Positions 41,492 through 50,508 of a stretch of 64,000 nucleotides of DNA are shown here, in pieces. The stretch is taken from positions 324,316 through 388,315 of the forward strand of contig JAXLRM010000004.1 of the NCBI GenBank assembly GCA_046331095.1. The letters are read 5' to 3'. Source of the DNA: Acidimicrobiia bacterium (GTDB taxonomy: Bacteria; Actinomycetota; Acidimicrobiia; UBA2766). The notes beneath the pieces are model-generated. The model was not told the DNA's origin. It was given only the letters and a program-made list of their open reading frames with translations, and made no database searches. The stretch's first letter is position 1, and each line of letters starts with the position of its first letter. A program made the position numbers and the translations under genes.

Positions 41492-42935
41492 ATGAGCATG
41501 CCCACGGCGGCGAGGGACATCGGCGCGGCCGTTCGCGCGGGCGAGGTGTCCGCCGTCGACGTGGTCTCGGCCGCGCTCGGGCGCATCGAACGCGACGACG
41601 CCGGCATCGGCGCCTTCTTGCGCACCTACGCCGAGACCGCCCTCGAACGTGCGCACGCGGTCGACGCGGCCGTCGCCGCAGGGCGCGATCCCGGCCCTCT
41701 CGCGGGCGTGCCGGTGGGTCTCAAGGACGTGCTCGCCACTACGGGGATCGAGACCACGTGCGGCTCGCGCATCCTCGAGGGCTGGCATCCCCCCTACGAC
41801 GCCACCGTCGTGCGCCGCCTGCGCGAGGCCGGCGCCGTCGACGTCGGCAAGACCAACTGCGACGAGTTCGCGATGGGGTCGTCGAACGAGAACTCCGCCT
41901 ACCGCCCCGTCGCCAACCCCCACGACCGCTCCCGTGCCGGGCGGGTCGTCAGGCGGCAGCGCGCAGCCGCGGTGGCCGCCGGTTTCGTACCGGTGGCGCT
42001 CGGCCCGACACGGGGGGCTCGATCCGTCAGCCCGCGCCGTTGTCCGGCACGGTCGGCATGAAGCCCACCTACGAAAGCCGGTACGGGCCCGTCGCGGTCG
42101 CGCCGTCGTCGACCAGGTCGGGCCGTTCGTCTCGACGTCGCCGACACCGCTGCCGTCTACGACGTCATCGCGGGCCACGAGCACGATGGACGCCACCTCG
42201 ATCCCGCACGCGCTCGAACCAGTTTCGGGACACCTCGACCGCGGGCTCGAGGGTCTCACGTTCGGAGTCGTCACCGAACTTGCGTCGGGCGAGGGCTTCG
42301 ATGCGGCCGTACTCGACCGATTCCGCGCGGCACTCGCGGCCGCCGAAGGCGCGGGCGCGAACGTCGTCGAGGTGTCACTGCCGTCGACGGCTCACGCCCT
42401 GTCGGCCTACTACCTGATCGCGCCGGCGGAGTGCTCGTCGAACCTCGCCCGCTTCGACGGCGTCCGCTACGGCCTGCGGGTGCCCGCCGGCGACGTGGAG
42501 TCGATGAACCGGGCGACACGCGCGGCCGGGTTCGGGCCCGAGGTCAAGCGCCGCGTGATGCTCGGCACCTACGCCCTGTCCGCCGGCTACTACGACGCCT
42601 ACTACGGCAAGGCCCAGCGGGTGCGGACACTGGTGATCGACGACTTCGAGGCCGCGTACGGGCGTGCCGACGTCCTCGTGTCGCCGACGTCGCCCACCGT
42701 CGCGTTCGAGTTGGGTGCCCGCACCCACGACCCCGTCGCCATGTACCTCTCGGACGTGTGCACGGTCCCGTCCAACCTCGCGGGGCATCCGGCGATCTCG
42801 GTGTGGTGCGGTGACGACGACGCCGGCCTGCCCGTCGGGCTCCACCTGATGGCACCCGCGCTCGCCGAGGCCGTCCTGTTCCGCGCGGCCGCCGGGTTCG
42901 AGGCGATCCTCGGCACGAAGGCGACCGCGGCGTGA
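41492..42935 (+). pseudogene. gatA: Asp/Glu-tRNA amidotransferase subunit A, interrupted by six frameshifts (or local sequence errors)
   Basis: GatA sequence is readable only by switching frames at about 41933, 41963, 42005, 42111, 42137 and 42185. Reading in the start frame hits TGA at 42059-42061. The length of 1444 nt is not a multiple of 3. Confidence 0.85.
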
Positions 42936-44389
42936 GCGACCACGAGGCGGTCATCGGACTCGAGGTACACGTCGAGCTTGCGACCGCGACCAAGATGTTC
43001 TGCGCCTGCCCGAACGAGTTCGGCGCGCCGCCCAACACCAACGTGTGCCCGGTGTGTCTCGGGCTCCCGGGGGCGCTCCCGGTGACGAACCGTTCGGCGG
43101 TCGAGCTCGCGATCCGCTTCGGCGCCGCGGTCGGTTCCCGGATCGGCCGTGCGATCTTCCACCGCAAGAACTACTTCTATCCGGACATGCCCAAGGACTT
43201 CCAGATCAGCCAGTACGACGAGCCGATCTGCGTCGGCGGGAGCGTCGAGGTGCCCGACGCCGGCAGCGGTGACTTCTCGACGGTACGGCTCGTGCGCGCT
43301 CACCTCGAGGAGGACACCGGCAAGTCGGTCCACGTCGGCGGGAGCGGACGGATCCACGACGCCGACCACACCCTGGTCGACTACAACCGTTCCGGGGTGC
43401 CCCTCCTCGAGATCGTGACCGAGCCCGACATCCGCTCGGCGGAGCAGGCCCGTGGCTTCGTCAACGAGCTCCGTGCCGTGCTCGCCATGCTCGGGGTCAG
43501 CGACGTCAAGATGGAGGAGGGTTCCCTGCGCGTCGACGCCAACGTCTCGGTACGTCCGCGGGGGAGTGCGACGCTCGGCACCAAGGTCGAGGTGAAGAAC
43601 ATGAACTCGGTGCGCAGCGTTGCCCACGCGCTCGAGTTCGAGTTCGCACGCCAGTGCCGGCTGCTCGACGGCGGTGGACGCGTCGAGCAGGAGACGCGTC
43701 ACTGGGACGAGGTCGAGGCACGTACCCACGGGATGCGCTCGAAGGAAGAGGCGATGGACTACCGCTACTTCCCCGAGCCCGACCTCGTGCCGATCGCTCC
43801 GGACCCGGGGTGGGTGGCGGAGATCCGTGACTCGGTGCCCGCCGTGATGCCTGCGCGGAGGGCGGCGTCGATCGCGTCGGTCTCCGGCCTCGGCGCCAAT
43901 CTCGCCGCGGCGGTCGCCTACACGCCCGGTCTCGCCGACTGGGTCGACGCCGAGGTCGCCGCCGGCGCCGACTCGGCACAGGCCTACGTGTGGGCGTCAC
44001 AGGAGGTCCTCGCCCATCTGAACGAGACGGGGCTGGGTTGGGGCGCGGTCGCGCCGGCGCCGGGGACGTTCGTGGAGCTCGCCGCGCTCGTCGACGACGC
44101 CACCCTGTCGAAGAAGCTGGCGCGCGAGGTCCTGGGCGAGACGCTCGCCACGGGGCGGTCCCCGCGCGAGATCGTCGACGAGCGCGGCCTGGCCCAGATC
44201 AGCGACGACGACGAGCTCGCCGCCGTGGTCGCGGACGTGGTCGCGGCCAACCCCGACACGGTCGAGCGCTACAAGGCCGGTAACGAGAAGGTCGCCGGAT
44301 TCCTCGTCGGGCAGGTCATGAAGGCGACCGGCGGCAAGGCCAACCCCGGTGTCGTCCAGGGCTTGGTGCGCTCCGCCCTCGAGTCATGA
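42932..44389 (+). CDS. gatB: Asp/Glu-tRNA amidotransferase subunit B
   Basis: [30 protein letters not shown] and a C-terminal GatB/YqeY domain. GTGA overlap with the gatA end. Confidence 0.95.
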   Translation: MSDHEAVIGLEVHVELATATKMFCACPNEFGAPPNTNVCPVCLGLPGALPVTNRSAVELAIRFGAAVGSRIGRAIFHRKNYFYPDMPKDFQISQYDEPICVGGSVEVPDAGSGDFSTVRLVRAHLEEDTGKSVHVGGSGRIHDADHTLVDYNRSGVPLLEIVTEPDIRSAEQARGFVNELRAVLAMLGVSDVKMEEGSLRVDANVSVRPRGSATLGTKVEVKNMNSVRSVAHALEFEFARQCRLLDGGGRVEQETRHWDEVEARTHGMRSKEEAMDYRYFPEPDLVPIAPDPGWVAEIRDSVPAVMPARRAASIASVSGLGANLAAAVAYTPGLADWVDAEVAAGADSAQAYVWASQEVLAHLNETGLGWGAVAPAPGTFVELAALVDDATLSKKLAREVLGETLATGRSPREIVDERGLAQISDDDELAAVVADVVAANPDTVERYKAGNEKVAGFLVGQVMKATGGKANPGVVQGLVRSALES

Positions 44390-44427
44390 CGGGGACCTTC
44401 CGGGTTCTCGCGCCCAGATGCGCCTGA

Positions 44428-44805
44428 TCAGACGACAGCGCGGATCACGGCGGCGAGCTCGTCGAGGTCGTCCTTGGTGATGACGTCGCGGAAGCCGGCG
44501 TCGATCGCCTTGGTTCGCAACTCGGCGGAGCGCGTCCCCGACCAGAGGATCATCGCGAGCCCGGGACGTTCGCCGGCGAGGCTGCGACCCAGGTCGATGC
44601 CGTTCTGGTCGGGGAGCTGATGGTCGATGACCACGACGTCCGCGTGGCACTCCCCGAGGCCGTCGCGGGCCGCTGCCGCGTCGGCCGCGTGCCCGACGAT
44701 CTCGAGCCCGGCGTCGACACTCGGCAGCGCCAGCTCCAGGAGGCGGGGCACTGTGGCGTCGTCGTCGACGACGTAGACGCGGACCGATCGTTCGCTCACG
44801 GCCAC
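44428..44805 (-). CDS. stand-alone response-regulator receiver domain protein
   Basis: 125 aa, VYVVDDD...DVVVIDHQLPDQNG...TKD pattern. No output domain and no adjacent histidine kinase. Confidence 0.85.
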   Translation of the reverse strand: MAVSERSVRVYVVDDDATVPRLLELALPSVDAGLEIVGHAADAAAARDGLGECHADVVVIDHQLPDQNGIDLGRSLAGERPGLAMILWSGTRSAELRTKAIDAGFRDVITKDDLDELAAVIRAVV

Positions 44806-44845
44806 CGAGGCTAGCGCCGTCGCGAGGGGCCCCCGACCACGTCCC

Positions 44846-44940
44846 GTCCCCGATCGCGGGCCGGATGTGTCGGGGGCGGGTCGTGTTGCCCGCGTTTGGG
44901 TGTGGGGTCGTCCCCGATCGCGGGCCGGATGTGGCGGGGG
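44846..44940 (+). repeat. diverged family-A-related repeat, 64-nt period, about 1.5 units
   Basis: GTCCCCGATCGCGGGCCGGATGTG(T/G)CGGGGG at 44846-44876 and 44910-44940. These flank a canonical family-A 3' arm TTGCCCGCGTTTGGG (44886-44900). Confidence 0.8.
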
Positions 44941-44971
44941 TGGCCGTGGGTCCAGCTAGGCTGGCGCCGCA

Positions 44972-45463
44972 ATGATCGAGCCGGGAACCCCACTGCCGAA
45001 CATCGAGGCCACCGACCTGCGCGGTCGCACCGGTGAGCTCGCCGACCTGGCGACCAACGGTGTGCCGATCGTGCTGTTCGCGTCCGCCCGCAGCCCGCTG
45101 TGCCGGCGCCTCGAGAACGTCCTGGAGTCCTTCGCACGCCTCGACGAGGGCGACTACAACGTGTGGGTCTTCATCGAGGGCGCACCCACGCTGGTCCTCG
45201 AGTCGTTCCCCGCCCTCGCCGGGCGCACACGCTGCTTCGCGATCCCGCGGGGCTGGGACGGCCTCACCTCCTTCGGCGTGGAAGCGTTCCCCGCCATCGT
45301 CATCGGCGATCGCGCGAACTGCGTGTGGCGATCGCTCCAGGGCTGGGACAGGCCGGCCTGGCAGGATCTCCTGAACGAGACCGAGGCGCTTCTCGGCTGG
45401 CGCCCGACCTTCCTCTCGCGCAAGCTCCCCGGCCCTGCACGCTCGCCCGCCCTCGTGGGTTGA
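44972..45463 (+). CDS. thioredoxin-fold (redoxin/TlpA-like) protein with SxxC instead of CxxC
   Basis: VPIVLFASARSPLCRRLENVL aligns to the FWAsWCpPC region. The assignment is weak. Confidence 0.45.
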   Translation: MIEPGTPLPNIEATDLRGRTGELADLATNGVPIVLFASARSPLCRRLENVLESFARLDEGDYNVWVFIEGAPTLVLESFPALAGRTRCFAIPRGWDGLTSFGVEAFPAIVIGDRANCVWRSLQGWDRPAWQDLLNETEALLGWRPTFLSRKLPGPARSPALVG

Positions 45464-45473
45464 CGACCTCTCG

Positions 45474-46547
45474 GTGAGCCCACCGCGGCGGACCTCGAGC
45501 CGGCGCCAGCGCACCGGGATTGCGGAGATCGACGTCCTCCTCGCCCAGATCGTCGACATCGTCGGCGGTCCCGACGCAGACGTGATCGCCGAGGCGATCA
45601 CCAGCGTCGTCCGTCTCGGCGTCGACGGCACCGACCGCGGCAACCTCAAGATCGTTGCAGGGGCCCTGCGTGAGTTGCGTCGCGCGTTCCTGCTCTACGA
45701 GCAGCACGAGCACATCCCGAAGGTGTCGGTGTTCGGTTCGGCTCGCACCCCCGAGGAGGACCCGAACTACTCGGCCGCGATGGTGTTCTCCCGCCTCATG
45801 GTGGATAACGGTTGGATGCCGATCACCGGCGGCGGACCGGGGATCATGCAGGCAGCCAACGAGGGTGCCGGTCCCGGCCGCAGCTTCGGGCTCAACATCC
45901 GGCTGCCCTTCGAGCAGACCGCCAACCCCTACATCGAGGGCGACCCCAACCTCGTCACCTTCCGTTACTTCTTCACACGCAAGCTCGAGTTCGCCAAGGA
46001 AGCACGTGCCTACGCGTTCTTCCCCGGCGGCTTCGGCACCCTCGACGAGGCGTTCGAGGTGCTGACGCTCACCCAGACGGGCAAGGGCGTGCTGCAACCG
46101 ATCGTCTTCGTCGAGGCCGAGGGCGAACGCTACTGGGACGACTTCCTGGGATTCGTGCGCCGTCACCTCCTCGACGGCGGCTACGTCGACCGTGAGGATC
46201 TCGAACTCGTGCGCCTCGCGAGCCGGCCCGAGGAGGCGGTCGCGGAGATCCTCGGCTTCTACCGCAACTTCCGTTCGCAGCGTTACGTCGACGGCAGGCT
46301 GTACCTGCGCGTGACCCACGCGCCGACGGATGGGGAGCTCGCCGCACTGAACGTGGACTTCGCCGACATCGTCCTCGACGGCGAGATCGAGGTGGTCCCC
46401 GCGCATCCCGACGAGGTTGCCGACGCGGACGAGGTGGATGCCGCGCGTGTCGCCTTCGACTTCGACCGTCGCAACTTCGGACGGCTGCGACGCCTCGTCG
46501 ATGCCCTCAACCAGCTGCCTTCGCTCGACCACGAAAGGCACGGCTGA
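45474..46547 (+). CDS. LOG / TIGR00730-family Rossmann-fold nucleotide-binding protein with C-terminal extension
   Basis: VSVFGSAR, ITGGGPGIMQAANEGA and FPGGFGTLDEAFEVLTL motifs. GTG start at 45474. Confidence 0.8.
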   Translation: MSPPRRTSSRRQRTGIAEIDVLLAQIVDIVGGPDADVIAEAITSVVRLGVDGTDRGNLKIVAGALRELRRAFLLYEQHEHIPKVSVFGSARTPEEDPNYSAAMVFSRLMVDNGWMPITGGGPGIMQAANEGAGPGRSFGLNIRLPFEQTANPYIEGDPNLVTFRYFFTRKLEFAKEARAYAFFPGGFGTLDEAFEVLTLTQTGKGVLQPIVFVEAEGERYWDDFLGFVRRHLLDGGYVDREDLELVRLASRPEEAVAEILGFYRNFRSQRYVDGRLYLRVTHAPTDGELAALNVDFADIVLDGEIEVVPAHPDEVADADEVDAARVAFDFDRRNFGRLRRLVDALNQLPSLDHERHG

Positions 46548-46560
46548 CGGACATCAGACT

Positions 46561-46643
46561 GGCAACCCGCGCTAACTTCTGCTAGCGTTTGCTAACAACC
46601 GTTAGGCTTCAGGGTTGCCACCGTTGTTGACGATTGCTACGGT
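46561..46643 (+). promoter_or_regulatory. phased hexamer array inside an 8-bp inverted repeat, plus a candidate promoter (TTGCCA-N17-TACGGT)
   Basis: GCTAAC 46571, GCTAGC 46581, GCTAAC 46591 and GTTAGG 46601. Outer inverted repeat GGCAACCC 46561-46568 / GGGTTGCC 46612-46619. -35 at 46615-46620 and -10 at 46638-46643. Confidence 0.35.
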
Positions 46644-46712
46644 GCACGACCTGGGCCCGCATTCGCGGGTCCTTTCCTTTTCCCCGACCCCTACTTGGGG
46701 AGTGCTCCGCGC

Positions 46713-47714
46713 ATGTCGTCGGAACCCCACTTTCGTCGCACCCACCGCAGGATCCTCACGGCGGTTCTCGCAGCCGCATGGCTCGCGGTGGCCGTCGCCA
46801 CCACGCCGGTTGCCGTGCGGGCCGACCAGGAGGCCGGCCTCGACGCGATCCGCTCCGACATCGTCGACGCAGCACGGGAGCACACGGCTGCGACCAAGGA
46901 CCTCGCCGACCTCCGCAAGCGAATCAGCGCGGAGCAGTCCCGGGTGGCGGACGCCACCCAGAGGCGCGAGTCGGCAAACGGGAAGGTCCAGGCGTGGGCG
47001 CGCGTCGCGTACAAGAGCGGCGGCGCCAGCCAGCTCGCAGCGTTGATCGGCGCCGACGACCTCGAACAGGCACGCAACCGCGGCGACTACCTCCAGCGCA
47101 TCGTGGCGAAGGCCAACGCCGACGGCGACGAGGCCCGCGCCGCGACCGAGGACGCGTCCGCCGCCCTCGCCGAGCTCCAGCAGCTCGAGGGCAAGGCCGC
47201 GAAGCGCGTCAAGGACGTCGAGTCACTCCAGGCGGACCTCGAGGCGAAACAGGCGGCCCAGCAGAAGCGCATCGAGGCTCAACTCGCCGCCGAGCGCGCC
47301 GCGGCCCAGGAGAAGGCGGCCCAGGAGGCGGCGGCCGGCAACGCCGCCGCGGCAAAGGCCGCGCTCGCTCCTCGCAACGACAATCCCAGCGACACCAGGG
47401 CCCCACGCTCCGGCGGCGGTGGGGGTGGCGCACCGAGTGCCGGTGGCGGCCGCGACGGCGGCACCTTCAACGTCACCTGCTACTCCGACGACGGCTTCAC
47501 GGCCTCGGGCGCCCACGTGAGGCCCGGCGCCGCCGCGGTCGACCCGCGGGTGATCCCTATGGGGACCAGCTTCATCGTGGAGGGCTACGGGGTCTTCACG
47601 GCACTGGACACCGGCGGTGCGATCAAGGGCAACCGCATCGACATCTGGAACCCGAGCGAGTCGTGGTGCCTCGACTTCGGGCGCCGCAACCTCCACGTCA
47701 CGATCCTCGGGTAG
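46713..47714 (+). CDS. secreted coiled-coil protein with C-terminal 3D (MltA-like) domain
   Basis: Signal peptide, long Ala/Gln/Glu-rich coiled coil, Gly-rich linker, then VTCYSDDGFTASG...AAVDPRVIPMGT...ALDTGGAIKGNRIDIW. ATG 46713 follows GGGGAG. Confidence 0.75.
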   Translation: MSSEPHFRRTHRRILTAVLAAAWLAVAVATTPVAVRADQEAGLDAIRSDIVDAAREHTAATKDLADLRKRISAEQSRVADATQRRESANGKVQAWARVAYKSGGASQLAALIGADDLEQARNRGDYLQRIVAKANADGDEARAATEDASAALAELQQLEGKAAKRVKDVESLQADLEAKQAAQQKRIEAQLAAERAAAQEKAAQEAAAGNAAAAKAALAPRNDNPSDTRAPRSGGGGGGAPSAGGGRDGGTFNVTCYSDDGFTASGAHVRPGAAAVDPRVIPMGTSFIVEGYGVFTALDTGGAIKGNRIDIWNPSESWCLDFGRRNLHVTILG

Positions 47715-47724
47715 CTGTTCTTCG

Positions 47725-47835
47725 GACGTGGGGACGTGAGGTGGGTTCAGGACCCGTTTGGCGTCCCCACGTCGGTGTGTTCGTCGGACGTGGGGACGTG
47801 AGGTGGGTCCAGGACCCGTTTGGCGTCCCCACGTC
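47725..47835 (+). repeat. family-B tandem hairpin repeat, 62-nt period, 2 units
   Basis: GACGTGGGGACG at 47725 and 47787. CGTCCCCACGTC at 47762 and 47824. The loops are near-identical to those of the 25139 array. Confidence 0.9.
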
Positions 47836-47974
47836 GGTGTGTTCTTCGGTGTCGGTCCGGGGTGCGGCGGTCCTGTCGCCAAGGAGGGGTGATGGGGGTG
47901 CGTGATACCCTCGGCAGTCCGGGGAGGCGATGCGCTTGCGCACCGTCTCCGTGACGCGTACACGGAGTTGCCCG

Positions 47975-49831
47975 ATGGCCGACAGGATCACAGGCGCGCA
48001 GGCGTTGGTTCGATCGCTCGAACACGTCGGCGTAGAGGTGGTCTTCGGGTTGCCCGGCGGCGCCGTCCTTCCCGTGTACGACCCCATCATCGACAGCGAG
48101 ATCCGCCACGTCCTCGTGCGCCACGAGCAGGGCGCCGGCCACATGGCCCAGGGCTACTACTGGGCGACGGGACGCCCCGGCGTCGCCCTCGTGACCTCCG
48201 GGCCGGGCGTGACCAACATCCTCACCCCGATCACCGATGCGTTCATGGACTCGGTGCCGATCGTCGTGATCGCCGGACAGGTCGCACGTGCGGCGATCGG
48301 CAGTGACGCCTTCCAGGAGGCGCCCACGTTCAACATGACGATGCCGGTCACCAAGCACAACTTCGTGATCATGGAGGCTGCCGAGATCCCCGAGGTCGTC
48401 GCGCAGGCATTCCACATCGCGACGACGGGGCGACCGGGTCCGGTCTACGTCGACCTGCCCAAGGACGTGGGCGTCGAGGAGATGGACTGGTGGTGGCCGG
48501 AGGACCCCACCGCGAACCTGCCCGGCTACCGACCGAACGTGCGACCGCACGCAGGTCAGGTGAAGAAGGCCGTCGAGCTCATCGCTGCCTCCCGGCGCCC
48601 GGTCGTGTACGCGGGCGGCGGGATCCTCAAGGCGCGTGCGGCGGACGCGCTCCGCGACCTCTGCGAGAGGACCGGCATCCACACCGTCACGACGCTCATG
48701 GCCCGCGGCGTCCTCCCCGACGACCACCCCCTCTGCCTCGGCATGCCGGGGATGCACGGCAACTACACGGCCGTCACGTCGCTGCAGAAGGCCGACCTCC
48801 TCATCGCACTGGGCAGCCGTTTCGACGACCGTGTGACCGGACGCGTCGCCGACTTCGCCCCCCACGCGAAGGTCATCCACGTCGACATCGACCCCGCCGA
48901 GCTGTCCAAGGTCCGCGTCGCCGACGTGCCCATCGTCGCCGACTGCCGTCTCGCGATCGAGGCGCTTGCCAAGGAGTACGGCAAGCAGGAGCGCAGACGC
49001 GAGGAGCGCGGCGACGCGCCGACCGACCGTTCGGCGTGGAACGCCCAGATCGACGCGTGGCGCACCGCCTACCCCAACAAGTACCTGCAGGGCGACCGCC
49101 CCGACGTCATCAAGCCCCAGTACGTGCTCGAGCGCCTCAACGCCGCGGCGCCCGACGCGATCGTGACAGCCGGCGTCGGACAGCACCAGATGTTCGCGTC
49201 GCAGTGGTGGCGCTTCCGCGAGCCCTACCACTGGATCAACTCCGGTGGCCTCGGGACCATGGGCTTCGCCGTGCCGGCCGCCGTGGGTGCGAAGGTGGGG
49301 GCGCCTGACGAGGTGGTGTGGTGCGTCGACGGCGACGGCTGTTTCCAGATGACGATGCAGGAGCTGATCACGGCGTCGGTCGAGTCGATCCCGATCAAGG
49401 TCGCGATCCTCAACAACGGCTACCTCGGCATGGTGCGCCAGTGGCAGGACCTCTTCTACGACGAGCGCCACAGCGAGATCTACCTGTCCCAGGACGTGCC
49501 CGACTACGTGGGCCTCGCCGAGGCGATGGGCTGCGCGGGCTTTCTCGTGGACACCGTCGACGAGGTCGACTCGGTGATCGCGAAGGCGATGGCGATCACC
49601 GACCGTCCGGTCGTCGTGGATTTCCGCATCGACCCCACCGAGCACGTCTTCCCGATGGTGCCCGCAGGTACCTCCAACGACGGCGTCATCCTGGGGCCCG
49701 CCTACGGCCCGCTCGACCAGCAGCTCGCCGGTGACGGCGCCGCGCCGATGGTCCACGGTGGCGAGGGCGAGTCGGAGCCGCCGCCGGAACACCCCGACGG
49801 GCACATGACCCTCGACAAGGGTGGTTTCTGA
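47975..49831 (+). CDS. ilvB: acetolactate synthase large subunit
   Basis: ITGAQALVRSLEHVGVEVVFGLPGG and the TPP motif GLGTMGFAVPAAVGA...DGDGCFQM. ATG 47975 follows ACGGAG. Confidence 0.95.
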   Translation: MADRITGAQALVRSLEHVGVEVVFGLPGGAVLPVYDPIIDSEIRHVLVRHEQGAGHMAQGYYWATGRPGVALVTSGPGVTNILTPITDAFMDSVPIVVIAGQVARAAIGSDAFQEAPTFNMTMPVTKHNFVIMEAAEIPEVVAQAFHIATTGRPGPVYVDLPKDVGVEEMDWWWPEDPTANLPGYRPNVRPHAGQVKKAVELIAASRRPVVYAGGGILKARAADALRDLCERTGIHTVTTLMARGVLPDDHPLCLGMPGMHGNYTAVTSLQKADLLIALGSRFDDRVTGRVADFAPHAKVIHVDIDPAELSKVRVADVPIVADCRLAIEALAKEYGKQERRREERGDAPTDRSAWNAQIDAWRTAYPNKYLQGDRPDVIKPQYVLERLNAAAPDAIVTAGVGQHQMFASQWWRFREPYHWINSGGLGTMGFAVPAAVGAKVGAPDEVVWCVDGDGCFQMTMQELITASVESIPIKVAILNNGYLGMVRQWQDLFYDERHSEIYLSQDVPDYVGLAEAMGCAGFLVDTVDEVDSVIAKAMAITDRPVVVDFRIDPTEHVFPMVPAGTSNDGVILGPAYGPLDQQLAGDGAAPMVHGGEGESEPPPEHPDGHMTLDKGGF

Positions 49832-50334
49832 TGGGTCGGCGTGCGCTCAAGACCCTGTCGGTCCTCGTCGAGAACCAGCCCGGGGTGCTCGCCCGCATCG
49901 CCGGCCTCGTCGCCCGGCGTGGTTTCAACATCGAGTCGCTCGCGGTCGGCCCGACCGACGACCCGATCTTCTCGCGGATGACGCTCGTCGTCGACGAGAG
50001 CCAGGTCCACGTCGAGCAGATCGTCAAGCAGCTCTACAAGCTGATCAACGTGATCAAGATCACCGAGTTCGAACCGGAAGACTCCGTCGAGCGCGAGTTG
50101 ATGCTCGTGGCGGTGCGGGCCACGCCCGAGCGGCGCTTCCAGGTCATCGAGCTCGCCGAGATATACGGCGCACGCATCGCCGACGTCGGCTCCGACGTCA
50201 TCTGCCTCGAGCTGTCGGGGCCGCCCGGCGAGCTCGACGACCTCCTCGACCTGCTCGAACCTCATGGCGTAGTCGAGGTCGCGCGGACCGGTCGCGTGGC
50301 ACTCGAGCGGGCGCGCAAGACTTCCATTCTGTAA
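49831..50334 (+). CDS. ilvN: acetolactate synthase small (regulatory) subunit
   Basis: ACT domain LSVLVENQPGVLARIAGLVARRGFNIESL. The start overlaps the ilvB stop (TGATG). Confidence 0.93.
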   Translation: MGRRALKTLSVLVENQPGVLARIAGLVARRGFNIESLAVGPTDDPIFSRMTLVVDESQVHVEQIVKQLYKLINVIKITEFEPEDSVERELMLVAVRATPERRFQVIELAEIYGARIADVGSDVICLELSGPPGELDDLLDLLEPHGVVEVARTGRVALERARKTSIL

Positions 50335-50508
50335 AGGCGCTCGGCGCTTCCTCCTACGGACTCTGCGGACCACGCACCTTGTTTCGTGGACGTCGATCGA
50401 GGAAGCACCTCGGCCTGCTATGCCCGGCGTGGGACATGACCTGAGGGGCGGTGGGAACGGCAGAGCGCGCATTCGCTTTCCGCGGTTGGGGTCTGGCACA
50501 GTGGATCC

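Noticed and set aside
41930-42190. Programmed ribosomal frameshifting or recoding in gatA.
   Set aside because: Six shifts in both directions within 255 nt, with no slippery heptamers or stimulatory structures, do not fit any known recoding mechanism. Indels, whether real or artefactual, are the simpler explanation.
46548-46712. A cyclic-di-AMP (ydaO-type) riboswitch upstream of the 3D-domain cell-wall gene, as is common for wall hydrolases in Actinobacteria.
   Set aside because: I could not find the conserved ydaO elements as I recall them (ACGGGG, GGGGUGAAUC, CCGAA in a pseudo-symmetric layout). Only a generic CCCC...GGGG hairpin is present. A covariance-model scan would settle it.
47836-47974. 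A branched-chain amino-acid leader peptide or attenuator upstream of ilvB, and the in-frame upstream ATG 47930 as the ilvB start.
   Set aside because: No short ORF rich in Ile, Val or Leu is present. The 15 extra residues from 47930 (MRLRTVSVTRTRSCP) are not part of conserved IlvB N-termini, and ATG 47975 has a better RBS.
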